Positions 55,982-64,000 of a stretch of DNA of 64,000 bases are shown here, in pieces. Origin of the DNA: Christensenella sp. UBA1685. Lineage in GTDB: Bacteria > Bacillota > Clostridia > Christensenellales > CAG-138. The first letter of the stretch is position 1. The number at the start of each line of letters is the position of its first letter. The notes below the pieces were generated by a model. It saw only the letters and a program-made list of their open reading frames with translations. It searched no databases and had not been told where the DNA came from. The DNA lies in assembly GCA_002320595.1 (NCBI GenBank), contig DCKB01000003.1, positions 8,106 through 72,105 of the forward strand. Reading direction: 5' to 3'. The translations under genes were made by a program, and so were the position numbers.

Positions 55982-57598
55982 TCAGGTTTCTTCCACGGCT
56001 GCAAATCGCAGTTCCGCTTTAAACAGATCGCAATCGATTGAAATTCCAAAGTGACCGCCCTGCAATTCCGTAAGGCTCCGCGCAATGGAAAGCCCAAGGC
56101 CGCTGCCCTCGCTTGTGCGGGCACTGTCGCCGCGCACGAAGCGTTCCATCAACTCCTCCTCCGAGATGTTCAGCGCATCGCGGGATATGTTTTTCAGTGC
56201 GATCACAACCTCTTTCCCCTCCCGGGTTACGCCTGCATACACCCGCGTTCCGGGTTGAGCATATTTTGCGATGTTGCCGAGGAGGTTATCGAACACGCGC
56301 CAAAGCAGGCGGCCGTCCGCCAGAATAAAGGCCGGTTCGCCGGGCGTTTGCATCACGGCCGTAAGGTTGGCCGTTTGGAAGCGTTCCATATATTCCGCAA
56401 GGCACTGCCCCAACAGCTCCACAGCATCGGTGCGCCCAAGCTCAACTTTAATGTTCCCTGTTGCGGCTTTTGACGCCTCCAGCACATCTTCCGTCAGTTT
56501 TTTGAGCTGGCGCGCCTGCCGGTCCAGCACGGCGATGTATTCGCTGGCAGTTTCACTTGCGGCAGGCTCTTTTTTCAGAAGATCCACATAGTTCAAAATG
56601 GAGGTCAGGGGCGTTTTTATGTCATGGGAAACGTTTGTGATGAGCTCGGTCTTTAGCCGTTCGCTCTTTATGCGCTCTTCCACAGCCCGGGTCATACCCG
56701 CTCCGATGCTGTTGAGGTTTTCTCCGTGGCGTTTCAGCTCGAAGAACATGTGCTCGGTCGGCACATGGTAAGAAAGGTCGCCCTCCGCGAGCCGCCTTGC
56801 TCCTTCCCTGAGCCGCGAAAGCTGCAGCGTGACAAAGCAGACCGCAAGCAGCACCGTCATGTTCACGCCCATCCAGAACAGCGTCGCCATTGGGCTGTAA
56901 TAGGTCTCCCGGCACAGGAGCAGCATCACGAGCGCATATGCGCTGTAAATGAGGATCGCCTGCCAAATCAGCGACATGTTGCCGCAGAGCGTACGGATTC
57001 CCCGTCCCATCCAGCACAGCGCCCGCCAGCCGAGCCGAAGCACGCGGTAAATGACCGTGTTGCGCCAAAGCGTTCCGGTCTTGATGCGCGTTGCCAACGT
57101 CATGCAGAATGCGAGCACGATGAGCGCAGGGACCGTAAGCGCGGCGGAAAGGAGAATGAGCTGCTCAATCCGCCGCACCGTCATGTCAGAGACAAGGGGA
57201 TTCGCGAGCCACCAATACAGAAAGGTTGCCGCAAAACCAGCCGCCAGCAGATACAGATCAAGCGGGATCTTATCCTGTGTGTTCAGCGCAGCTTCCTCCC
57301 GCCCTTCTCTGTGCCCGGCCGCGCACAGCAGGAACAGGAACAGGGCAGCGCAGCAGAGCCATTCGATGCCTGTGAGAAGCGGGATAGAATAACGGAGGGG
57401 GAAGATCTTCGCTTCCGCCGCGTCTGAATTCCACACACATTCGTTCTGCAATCGCGGCCCCGCCTCTGCTCTTTCGGGATAAAAGCCGTCGTTAAGCATG
57501 GCGATCGTAAGGCTCGTGCCAAAAAAAGCCATACCTGTCAGCAGCGCAAAAAGGAATACCGCTGCGATCTTCACACCGAGGCTATGAGTGAGTTTCAT
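55982..57598 (-). CDS. Sensor histidine kinase with large multi-TM N-terminal sensor region
   Basis: 538 aa. About 7-8 predicted TM helices, HAMP-like linker, H-box ELITNVSHDIKTPLTSI, and a HATPase_c G-box GSGLGLSIA. Confidence 0.9.
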   Translation of the reverse strand: MKLTHSLGVKIAAVFLFALLTGMAFFGTSLTIAMLNDGFYPERAEAGPRLQNECVWNSDAAEAKIFPLRYSIPLLTGIEWLCCAALFLFLLCAAGHREGREEAALNTQDKIPLDLYLLAAGFAATFLYWWLANPLVSDMTVRRIEQLILLSAALTVPALIVLAFCMTLATRIKTGTLWRNTVIYRVLRLGWRALCWMGRGIRTLCGNMSLIWQAILIYSAYALVMLLLCRETYYSPMATLFWMGVNMTVLLAVCFVTLQLSRLREGARRLAEGDLSYHVPTEHMFFELKRHGENLNSIGAGMTRAVEERIKSERLKTELITNVSHDIKTPLTSILNYVDLLKKEPAASETASEYIAVLDRQARQLKKLTEDVLEASKAATGNIKVELGRTDAVELLGQCLAEYMERFQTANLTAVMQTPGEPAFILADGRLLWRVFDNLLGNIAKYAQPGTRVYAGVTREGKEVVIALKNISRDALNISEEELMERFVRGDSARTSEGSGLGLSIARSLTELQGGHFGISIDCDLFKAELRFAAVEET

Positions 57599-58302
57599 CG
57601 TTTGCCTCCTTTTTCAAACTTGTAGCCCTGCCCCCACACCACTTTGAGGTAGCGCGGTTCGGCAGGATTGATCTCAAGCTTTTCGCGGATATGCCGGATG
57701 TGCACCGCAACGGTGTTTTCCGCGCCCCATGCCGGATCCTTCCACACAAGCTCATAAATGCGGGTGGAAGAAAACACCTTTCCCGCATTTTCCATTAATA
57801 GTTTCAAAATGCTGTATTCTATCGGCGTAAGGTTCACGGGTTCACCGTCAAGGGTAACGGTCTTTGCATCGTCGTCGATCTCCACGCCGTCGATAGAAAT
57901 AACGGAAGGCTTCTTTTCTATGCCGCTCATGCCGCCAAGCATAGTATAGCGCCGAAGCTGGGAACGCACCCGCGCAATCACCTCCATCGGGTTAAATGGC
58001 TTGGTTACATAATCGTCCGCACCGATGGAAAGCCCAAGCACCTTGTCCGTATCCTCGCTCTTGGCCGTGAGCAGGATCACGGGAATGTTGTTTTTTTCCC
58101 GGAGCGCCGCTGTTGCGGCGAGTCCGTCGAGTCCGGGCATCATAATGTCCAAAAGCGCAAGATGCACCGTCTCGCGGGAAATAATGTCAAGCGCCTCCCG
58201 GCCGTTGTAGGCTTCAAGCGTACGGTAGCCTTCCGCAGTCAGGTAGATTTTCAGCGCGGCCACGATATCGCGGTCGTCGTCACAGATGAGGATGGTGTAC
58301 AT
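57595..58302 (-). CDS. OmpR/PhoB-family response regulator
   Basis: 235 aa, receiver ILICDDD...LLDIMMPGLDG and a winged-helix C-terminus. ATGA overlap with the kinase gene. Confidence 0.9.
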   Translation of the reverse strand: MYTILICDDDRDIVAALKIYLTAEGYRTLEAYNGREALDIISRETVHLALLDIMMPGLDGLAATAALREKNNIPVILLTAKSEDTDKVLGLSIGADDYVTKPFNPMEVIARVRSQLRRYTMLGGMSGIEKKPSVISIDGVEIDDDAKTVTLDGEPVNLTPIEYSILKLLMENAGKVFSSTRIYELVWKDPAWGAENTVAVHIRHIREKLEINPAEPRYLKVVWGQGYKFEKGGKR

Positions 58303-58547
58303 GCATGTTCTCCCCTTTTGGTTTGCACGCCCATTGTATCACGGCGCGGTTTAAATGCGTAGTGGCAAAGGGATTAAGATTTATTTAACAGCATACCCCA
58401 CGCAGCGCTTCAGCCTCCTGAAAGCTGCGCTTTGTAAATGTGCAAATCCTCCGCCGGCTTACCGTTTTTCCAAAGCACTTTCCCTCCTCGCACCTTCCGC
58501 GCCGCCAAAGCATAGTATGCAGCAAAAAGCAAGCGAGGTTAATTGAT

Positions 58548-60044
58548 ATGAGAACATTGCGACGCGGCGACCGGGGCGAGGACGTTAAGGTGCTTCAGCG
58601 CGCCTTGAAGCGCGCCGGATATGATGCAGGAACAATTGACGGTATTTTCGGCCCACGCACGGAAGCGGCAGTGCGCGCGTTTCAGCGGGCGAACGGCCTC
58701 ACGGTAGACGGCATCGTCGGCCCGCGTACCTGGGCCGCTCTTGCGCCTTACATGGAGGTCGAAGAATCCTGGCTGCGCAAGGGCGACCGCGGGCCAGAGG
58801 TACAGATGCTGCAGCTTGCGTTGGAACGGGCCGGCTTCTCCCCCGGCGCGCTTGACGGCATCTTTGGTACGCGCACGGATGCGGCGGTGCGGGCGTTCCA
58901 GCGGGCCAATGGCTTGCAAGCGGATGGCATCGTCGGCCCGCGTACCCTTGCGGCGCTCAAACCGTATTTAACCGGCTATGTGGAATACACCGTAAAACGG
59001 GGCGATACGCTTTCCTCCATCGCGCGGCGTTATGGAACCACCGTGCAGGCGCTGCTGACCGCGAACCCTCGCACTAATCCAAACCTGATCTATGTTGGCG
59101 AAACGCTCATCATTCCGCTGCCGTTTGATGTAGTTCCCACCAACATCGCCTATACCTCCGAGTTGGTGGAACTCATCAACGAAGGCCTTGCCGCGCGCTA
59201 TCCGTTCATTACGCTTACTACGGTCGGCAACAGCGTAACCGGCTCGCCGATTCAGGCGCTTGAGATGGGTACCGGAACCCGGCATGTGTTCTACAACGCC
59301 TCCCACCATGCCAACGAATGGATCACCACGCCGCTCCTGCTCAAGTATCTTGAGGATTATGCGGACGCTTATGCGACAGGCGGACGCATCGGAGGCGTAG
59401 CGGCATCCAGGTTATACACCGGCACGATGCTGCATATCGTTCCCCTTGTGAATCCTGATGGTGTGGATCTTGTGACAGGCGCGATCAATTCAGGCGGATA
59501 TTATCAGAATGCCCGGATGCTTGCGGCAAATTACCCGTCCATCCCATTCCCTTCCGGCTGGAAAGCCAACATCCGCGGCGTAGACCTGAACAGCAATTAT
59601 CCGGCCGATTGGGAAAAGGAGCGCGACATCAAATTTGCGCAGGGGTATACTAAGCCCGGCCCGCGCGATTATGTCGGCCCTTCAGCGCTTTCGGAGCCGG
59701 AAAGCCGTGCGATATACGATTATACCCGCGCGAACAACTTTGCGCTCACGCTTTCGTATCACACGCAAGGCAGGGTAATCTTCTGGAAATATCAGGACTA
59801 TGAGCCCGAAAACGCCTATGCAATCGGCCAGCGGATGGCCGCTGCAAGCGGCTATGCGCTTCAGGCGGGCCCGGCCAATTCCTATGCCGGCTACCGCGAC
59901 TGGTTCATTCAAACCTATAACCGGCCGGGCTATACCATCGAAGCCGGGCTTGGCACGAACCCGCTGCCGATTTCCCAATTCAACACGATTTACCGTGACA
60001 ACGTGGGCATTCTGACCATCGGTATGGATGCGCTGATCCCCTAA
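58548..60044 (+). CDS. M14 family peptidoglycan peptidase (gamma-D-glutamyl-L-diamino acid endopeptidase-like) with 2x PG_binding_1 and LysM domains
   Basis: Start at [13 protein letters not shown]. Two 72-aa PG-binding repeats, Lys[18 protein letters not shown], then the M14 core HHANEW...SYHTQG. Confidence 0.85.
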   Translation: MRTLRRGDRGEDVKVLQRALKRAGYDAGTIDGIFGPRTEAAVRAFQRANGLTVDGIVGPRTWAALAPYMEVEESWLRKGDRGPEVQMLQLALERAGFSPGALDGIFGTRTDAAVRAFQRANGLQADGIVGPRTLAALKPYLTGYVEYTVKRGDTLSSIARRYGTTVQALLTANPRTNPNLIYVGETLIIPLPFDVVPTNIAYTSELVELINEGLAARYPFITLTTVGNSVTGSPIQALEMGTGTRHVFYNASHHANEWITTPLLLKYLEDYADAYATGGRIGGVAASRLYTGTMLHIVPLVNPDGVDLVTGAINSGGYYQNARMLAANYPSIPFPSGWKANIRGVDLNSNYPADWEKERDIKFAQGYTKPGPRDYVGPSALSEPESRAIYDYTRANNFALTLSYHTQGRVIFWKYQDYEPENAYAIGQRMAAASGYALQAGPANSYAGYRDWFIQTYNRPGYTIEAGLGTNPLPISQFNTIYRDNVGILTIGMDALIP

Positions 60045-60056
60045 AGAGGTAAGCTG

Positions 60057-60086
60057 AATGCGGCCCCGGAAAACCGGGGCCGCATT
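60057..60086. terminator. Bidirectional hairpin between convergent genes
   Basis: aatgcggccccgg-aaaa-ccggggccgcatt is a perfect 13-bp stem. Confidence 0.65.
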
Positions 60087-60095
60087 GCGTGCGTT

Positions 60096-61208
60096 TTATT
60101 CCGCAGCGAGCTTTTTGAATATCTCTACGGCAGGTTCGATCAGCGCATCCGGAAAATCGAATTGTGCCGTGTGCAGCTGCGGGTAATCTACGCCAGCACC
60201 GATTTCAAAGATCGCACCGGGCGCACGCTTGAGAAAGTACCCGAAGTCTTCCGAGCCGCGCTCGGGCCGCTCGATCACCTCGATTGGGTAGCCAAGTTTC
60301 TCGGCTGCCTCCCGCACCTTTTGCGTGCTTGTGGGATCGTTGGCAGTCTCCGGGAAACAATCGCAATATGAGACATGCCACGCGAGGCCATAACGCGCCG
60401 CTTCGCGTTCCGCCATCGCTTCGATCTTTTCGGCAAGCAGATTCAGCTCCGCTTCCCGTTCCGCGCGAATTGTGAGATACAGCTCCCCCTCGCTCGCCTG
60501 CGTGCCAAATGCCTTTTCGCCCACCTTTAGGCCGATCACCGTTGAAAGCACAAGCCCCTTCCACGGCAAATCAAGCAGCGCGGGGACTTCGTTCACCATC
60601 GTTGCAAGCGCAAACGCGGGATTCTTGCCGCATTCGGGCATGCTCGCATGGGAGGGCGTACCCACCATGCGGATCGTCATGCCGCGCGACGCACAATTGA
60701 CCGCTCCATACCAGATGCAAACCGTGCCGAGCGGATAGCCCGGCCAGTTGTGGAACGCAAATACTTCGTCAATTTTCTCCTCCGTGATAAGCGGTGCGCA
60801 TTTTACGGCGCCGTCTCCGGTCTCCTCTGCCGGTTGAAAAATGAAGTATATGTCGTTTGAGCAGCCTTCCTTGTCAATTTCCATTGCGAAGGCCGCAAGC
60901 GCAGCGCTATGGCCGTCATGCCCGCATTTATGGCCAACGCCCGGAATTTTGGATGCATACGGCACGTCGCATGCATCCTCAATGGGAAGTGCGTCATGAT
61001 CCGCCCGGAACGCAATGCGCCGCTTCGGGTTTGGCGCACGGTACACCGCATAAAACCAGCCTCCCCGGTCGATCACCGCAAGCTTTGTGTGGGCGCGCAA
61101 AAAGCGCATGAGCTCTGCGCGCGTCCACTCCTCCTGATTGGAAAGCTCCGGATGCGCGTGCAGCGCATGGCGCAGTTCCACCGCCAAATCCAAATGGTTC
61201 CAATCCAT
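60096..61208 (-). CDS. M20 family amidohydrolase (N-acyl-L-amino acid amidohydrolase-like)
   Basis: 370 aa, LRHALHAHPELSNQE...FRADHDALP...GHKCGHDGH motifs. Confidence 0.85.
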   Translation of the reverse strand: MDWNHLDLAVELRHALHAHPELSNQEEWTRAELMRFLRAHTKLAVIDRGGWFYAVYRAPNPKRRIAFRADHDALPIEDACDVPYASKIPGVGHKCGHDGHSAALAAFAMEIDKEGCSNDIYFIFQPAEETGDGAVKCAPLITEEKIDEVFAFHNWPGYPLGTVCIWYGAVNCASRGMTIRMVGTPSHASMPECGKNPAFALATMVNEVPALLDLPWKGLVLSTVIGLKVGEKAFGTQASEGELYLTIRAEREAELNLLAEKIEAMAEREAARYGLAWHVSYCDCFPETANDPTSTQKVREAAEKLGYPIEVIERPERGSEDFGYFLKRAPGAIFEIGAGVDYPQLHTAQFDFPDALIEPAVEIFKKLAAE

Positions 61209-61253
61209 CCTTTTATCCTCCTGTCAGATTTTGTTCCGTTTGCAACGCAAAGC

Positions 61254-61808
61254 TTATTGCAGCGATGCAAGCAGCATAATTACTCCGATGATCAGAACGA
61301 CCACGCCAACCACCCGCTCGACTCCAAGCGCCAGTTCAGAAGGCTCCGCGTCCTTAAACCGCCAGCCATAACCAAGATACCAGGCGGTTCGCGGTTTGGC
61401 TGCGTTGAATGCCCCAGCGGCAATCAACAGGATAGCCAAAAACGGGCTTGGCCCGGAGGAATCTTTTTCATCGCCGCGCCCCCGGTAAAGCACATCCATC
61501 AGCACGCCGCCGGGGATATATTTTGTTTCGTCATAATCATCGCTCCAGCCGCCAGCCCAGCCGTTGCCGGACGTTGTGCGGAAATAGGTGGAGCCGTTCG
61601 GATAAGTGATGGTCGTTGTATTGCCGGAAAACGAATAGGCATAAACATCGTCATTGTTGGTAATGGTTTGGTTTGCGGCGTCAATCACAAACGTTTTCCC
61701 TGCGTGTTCAATGGAATAGCTCGTTTGCACCGGGCTTTTTTCCGTGCAGGCTGTGAAAAAAAACAGCGCCAACACACAGCAGGTGCAAAGCTGAATGGCA
61801 TGCTTCAT
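61254..61808 (-). CDS. Hypothetical lipoprotein with C-terminal two-TM segment
   Basis: 184 aa. Lipobox FFFTACT. The C-terminus AILLIAAGAFNAAKPRTAWYLGYGWRFKDAEPSELALGVERVVGVVVLIIGVIML resembles small DUF6199-like membrane proteins (unverified). Confidence 0.55.
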   Translation of the reverse strand: MKHAIQLCTCCVLALFFFTACTEKSPVQTSYSIEHAGKTFVIDAANQTITNNDDVYAYSFSGNTTTITYPNGSTYFRTTSGNGWAGGWSDDYDETKYIPGGVLMDVLYRGRGDEKDSSGPSPFLAILLIAAGAFNAAKPRTAWYLGYGWRFKDAEPSELALGVERVVGVVVLIIGVIMLLASLQ

Positions 61809-61917
61809 AGCCGTCCCTCCATCGGTTTCTTAAAGACGTTTCGTTTCAAGCGCTGTGGTCTGATGTGGGTATGCCGCCGGTTGGCACAAGAGGGGCCGCA
61901 CAAGCGGACTGTGTCCG

Positions 61918-62391
61918 CTACGATCCGTTCCACGTGAGCAGGCGGCCGAGGGGGATGCGGAAGCCGAGGCTCTCATACATCTTCACATCCGAGTCCGCAC
62001 AGCCAACCCAAAGCGACGCGATTCCACGCGCCCTGCAATGTGCGAAGGCCGCTTCCGCAAGCCGGCGGGCCACGCCTTGCCCGCGAAACATTGGAAGCAC
62101 ATAAAAATCTTCAAACAGGCCGCCTGGCGCACACCGAAAGGTGGAAAACGTTTCGCAAACAGAGCACATGCCAACGGCCCGCCCATCGCGCTTCGCCAGA
62201 ACGAACGTGATCCGCCCGGTTCCTATGGCCGCGCCAAGCGCCGCTTTTTGCGCCTGTGTAAGCGGCTCCTCACCGATATCCTGCTTGTAGCCGCTCATCA
62301 GCTCCAGAATTTCAGGAATATCCTCTGCTCCTGCCGCAGCACATACAGTGGAGTCGCAGTCGGGTCTGTTCCCAGCTTTCTGCATGGCCAT
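61918..62391 (-). CDS. GNAT family N-acetyltransferase
   Basis: Start trimmed to MAMQKAGNRPD. Acetyl-CoA motif VLPMFRGQGVARRLAEAAF. The longer track ORF spans the pyrR promoter region. Confidence 0.75.
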   Translation of the reverse strand: MAMQKAGNRPDCDSTVCAAAGAEDIPEILELMSGYKQDIGEEPLTQAQKAALGAAIGTGRITFVLAKRDGRAVGMCSVCETFSTFRCAPGGLFEDFYVLPMFRGQGVARRLAEAAFAHCRARGIASLWVGCADSDVKMYESLGFRIPLGRLLTWNGS

Positions 62392-62489
62392 GCTCCTTTT
62401 TTTCTTACAGGATAGCATGCTGCACGTGCGTTGTCCACATCGTCTTGTGCATGACTTCCGCCATTCTTTGCGAATGTGAACAAATTGTG

Positions 62490-62518
62490 TTGACAATGCC
62501 CGCGAAACATGGCATAAT
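62490..62518 (+). promoter_or_regulatory. Sigma-A-type promoter of the pyr operon (-35 TTGACA, 17 nt, -10 CATAAT)
   Basis: TTGACAatgcccgcgaaacatggCATAAT. Confidence 0.6.
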
Positions 62519-62524
62519 GCGCAA

Positions 62525-63227
<703 letters not shown>

Positions 63228-63273
63228 AAGCTTATATAAAAATTACGCAACAAGGAAAGAAGGAGAACGTCAC

Positions 63274-64000
63274 ATGAACCTGATCTATGGCATCAAAGAC
63301 AAACCCAAATTTGTCCAACTCATCGTATTTGCATTCCAGCAGATGCTCGCTATCATGGCAGCAACGTTGGTTGTTCCCGTGCTGGTGAATGCCTACGGCG
63401 TGCAAAACCTTGAGATGGACATCGCTGCAGCGCTTCTTGGCGCAGGCATGGGAACCGGCGTTTATATCGCTTTCACCAAAGCAAAGAGCCCCGTATTCCT
63501 GGGCAGTTCCTTTGCGTTCCTTTCCGCCATGTATTCCGCCACGGCATTCGGTTGTTTCGGCATCATCGTGGGCGCGATTCTTGCGGGCCTTGTATACGTG
63601 CTCATCGCCATTGCCATCAAGGCGTTCGGCACCCGCTGGATCGACAAGCTCATGCCGCCGATCATTATTGGGCCAACCGTTGCCATCATCGGTCTTTCCC
63701 TTGCGGGCAGCGCCATCAGCGACCTGACCAATGTGACCACCGGCTCCTATAACCTGATCCATATCCTCTGCGGCCTTGTCACCCTCCTTGTGGTCATACT
63801 CTGCTCCACCTTCGGCAAAAAAATGGCCAAGCTTATCCCCTTCATCATCGGCATTCTTTCCGGCTATGCGCTTGCGGGCATTTTCACAATCATCGGCAAT
63901 GCTACCGGATGCGATTATCTTAAGGTGCTCAATGTGAGCGCGCTTACTGCGCTGGACTTCGGCAGCATAAGCGGCTGGATTCATGTTCCGCAGTTCGCGT
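63274..64000 (+). CDS. pyrP: Uracil permease (NCS2 family), 5' part; continues past the right edge
   Basis: Open frame from the ATG (SD GAAGGAGA) to the window end: MNLIYGIKDKPKFVQLIVFAFQQMLAIMAATLVVPVL. Polytopic, located after pyrR as in Firmicutes pyr operons. Absent from the ORF track because there is no stop in the window. Confidence 0.85.
   Translation, partial: MNLIYGIKDKPKFVQLIVFAFQQMLAIMAATLVVPVLVNAYGVQNLEMDIAAALLGAGMGTGVYIAFTKAKSPVFLGSSFAFLSAMYSATAFGCFGIIVGAILAGLVYVLIAIAIKAFGTRWIDKLMPPIIIGPTVAIIGLSLAGSAISDLTNVTTGSYNLIHILCGLVTLLVVILCSTFGKKMAKLIPFIIGILSGYALAGIFTIIGNATGCDYLKVLNVSALTALDFGSISGWIHVPQFA

Noticed and set aside
60909-61937. 342-aa plus-strand ORF
   Set aside because: It spans the antisense of two separate genes (the M20 hydrolase and the lipoprotein) plus the gap between them, so it is not a coherent gene.
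63232-63984. 250-aa minus-strand ORF
   Set aside because: Antisense to the uracil permease frame, which is open to the window edge, is SD-preceded, and follows pyrR.

Overview
High-GC (about 58-60%) Firmicutes/Clostridia-like chromosomal segment from a spore-former; the taxon is inferred from gene content (bofA, yaaL-like, CotF-like, ylbJ) and Bacillus-like synteny. The window is densely packed with core housekeeping genes, mostly on the minus strand. In order: smc (5' part, runs off the left edge)-rnc-acpP-plsX; rpmF-yceD-like; ackA-pta; tmcAL and ylbJ; rsmD-coaD-coiled-coil protein; 5-formyl-THF cyclo-ligase, amidohydrolase, nnrD, acpS; S58 peptidase, birA, recX; two CotF-like genes; a lipoprotein plus zinc-ribbon mini-protein; thiI plus cysteine desulfurase; clpC; a cell-wall amidase plus coupled lipoprotein; bofA and a yaaL-like gene. 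Then come two large uncharacterised envelope proteins, a DAACS transporter, DUF378, an S41 protease, a mini P-loop protein, ttcA-like plus DUF1294, a small accessory-looking block (GNAT, XRE plus membrane protein, GNAT-Cys-rich-GNAT fusion, PAP2), rex, a nitroreductase-like gene and uvrA-uvrB. The right-hand part holds coaX plus an ECF S component, VanW, YegP, an amino-acid ABC transporter, a two-component system, an M14 peptidoglycan peptidase, an M20 hydrolase, and a pyrR attenuator-pyrR-uracil permease (runs off the right edge). By eye I found no rRNA, tRNA, CRISPR array, transposase, integrase or phage genes, and no recognisable defence or biosynthetic cluster. I cannot point to a clear-cut novel system. 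The best candidates for follow-up are: (1) the divergent pair of large envelope proteins at 27.6-31.7 kb; (2) the isolated 136-aa P-loop mini-protein; (3) the GNAT-Cys-rich-GNAT fusion; (4) the coiled-coil protein with a MinD-like C-terminal motif in the rsmD-coaD operon; (5) an orphan promoter plus hairpin between convergent genes at 41.7 kb; (6) the amidase-lipoprotein coupled pair. All product calls rest on motifs I recognise in the translations, not on database searches. Many start codons were re-picked using Shine-Dalgarno spacing.
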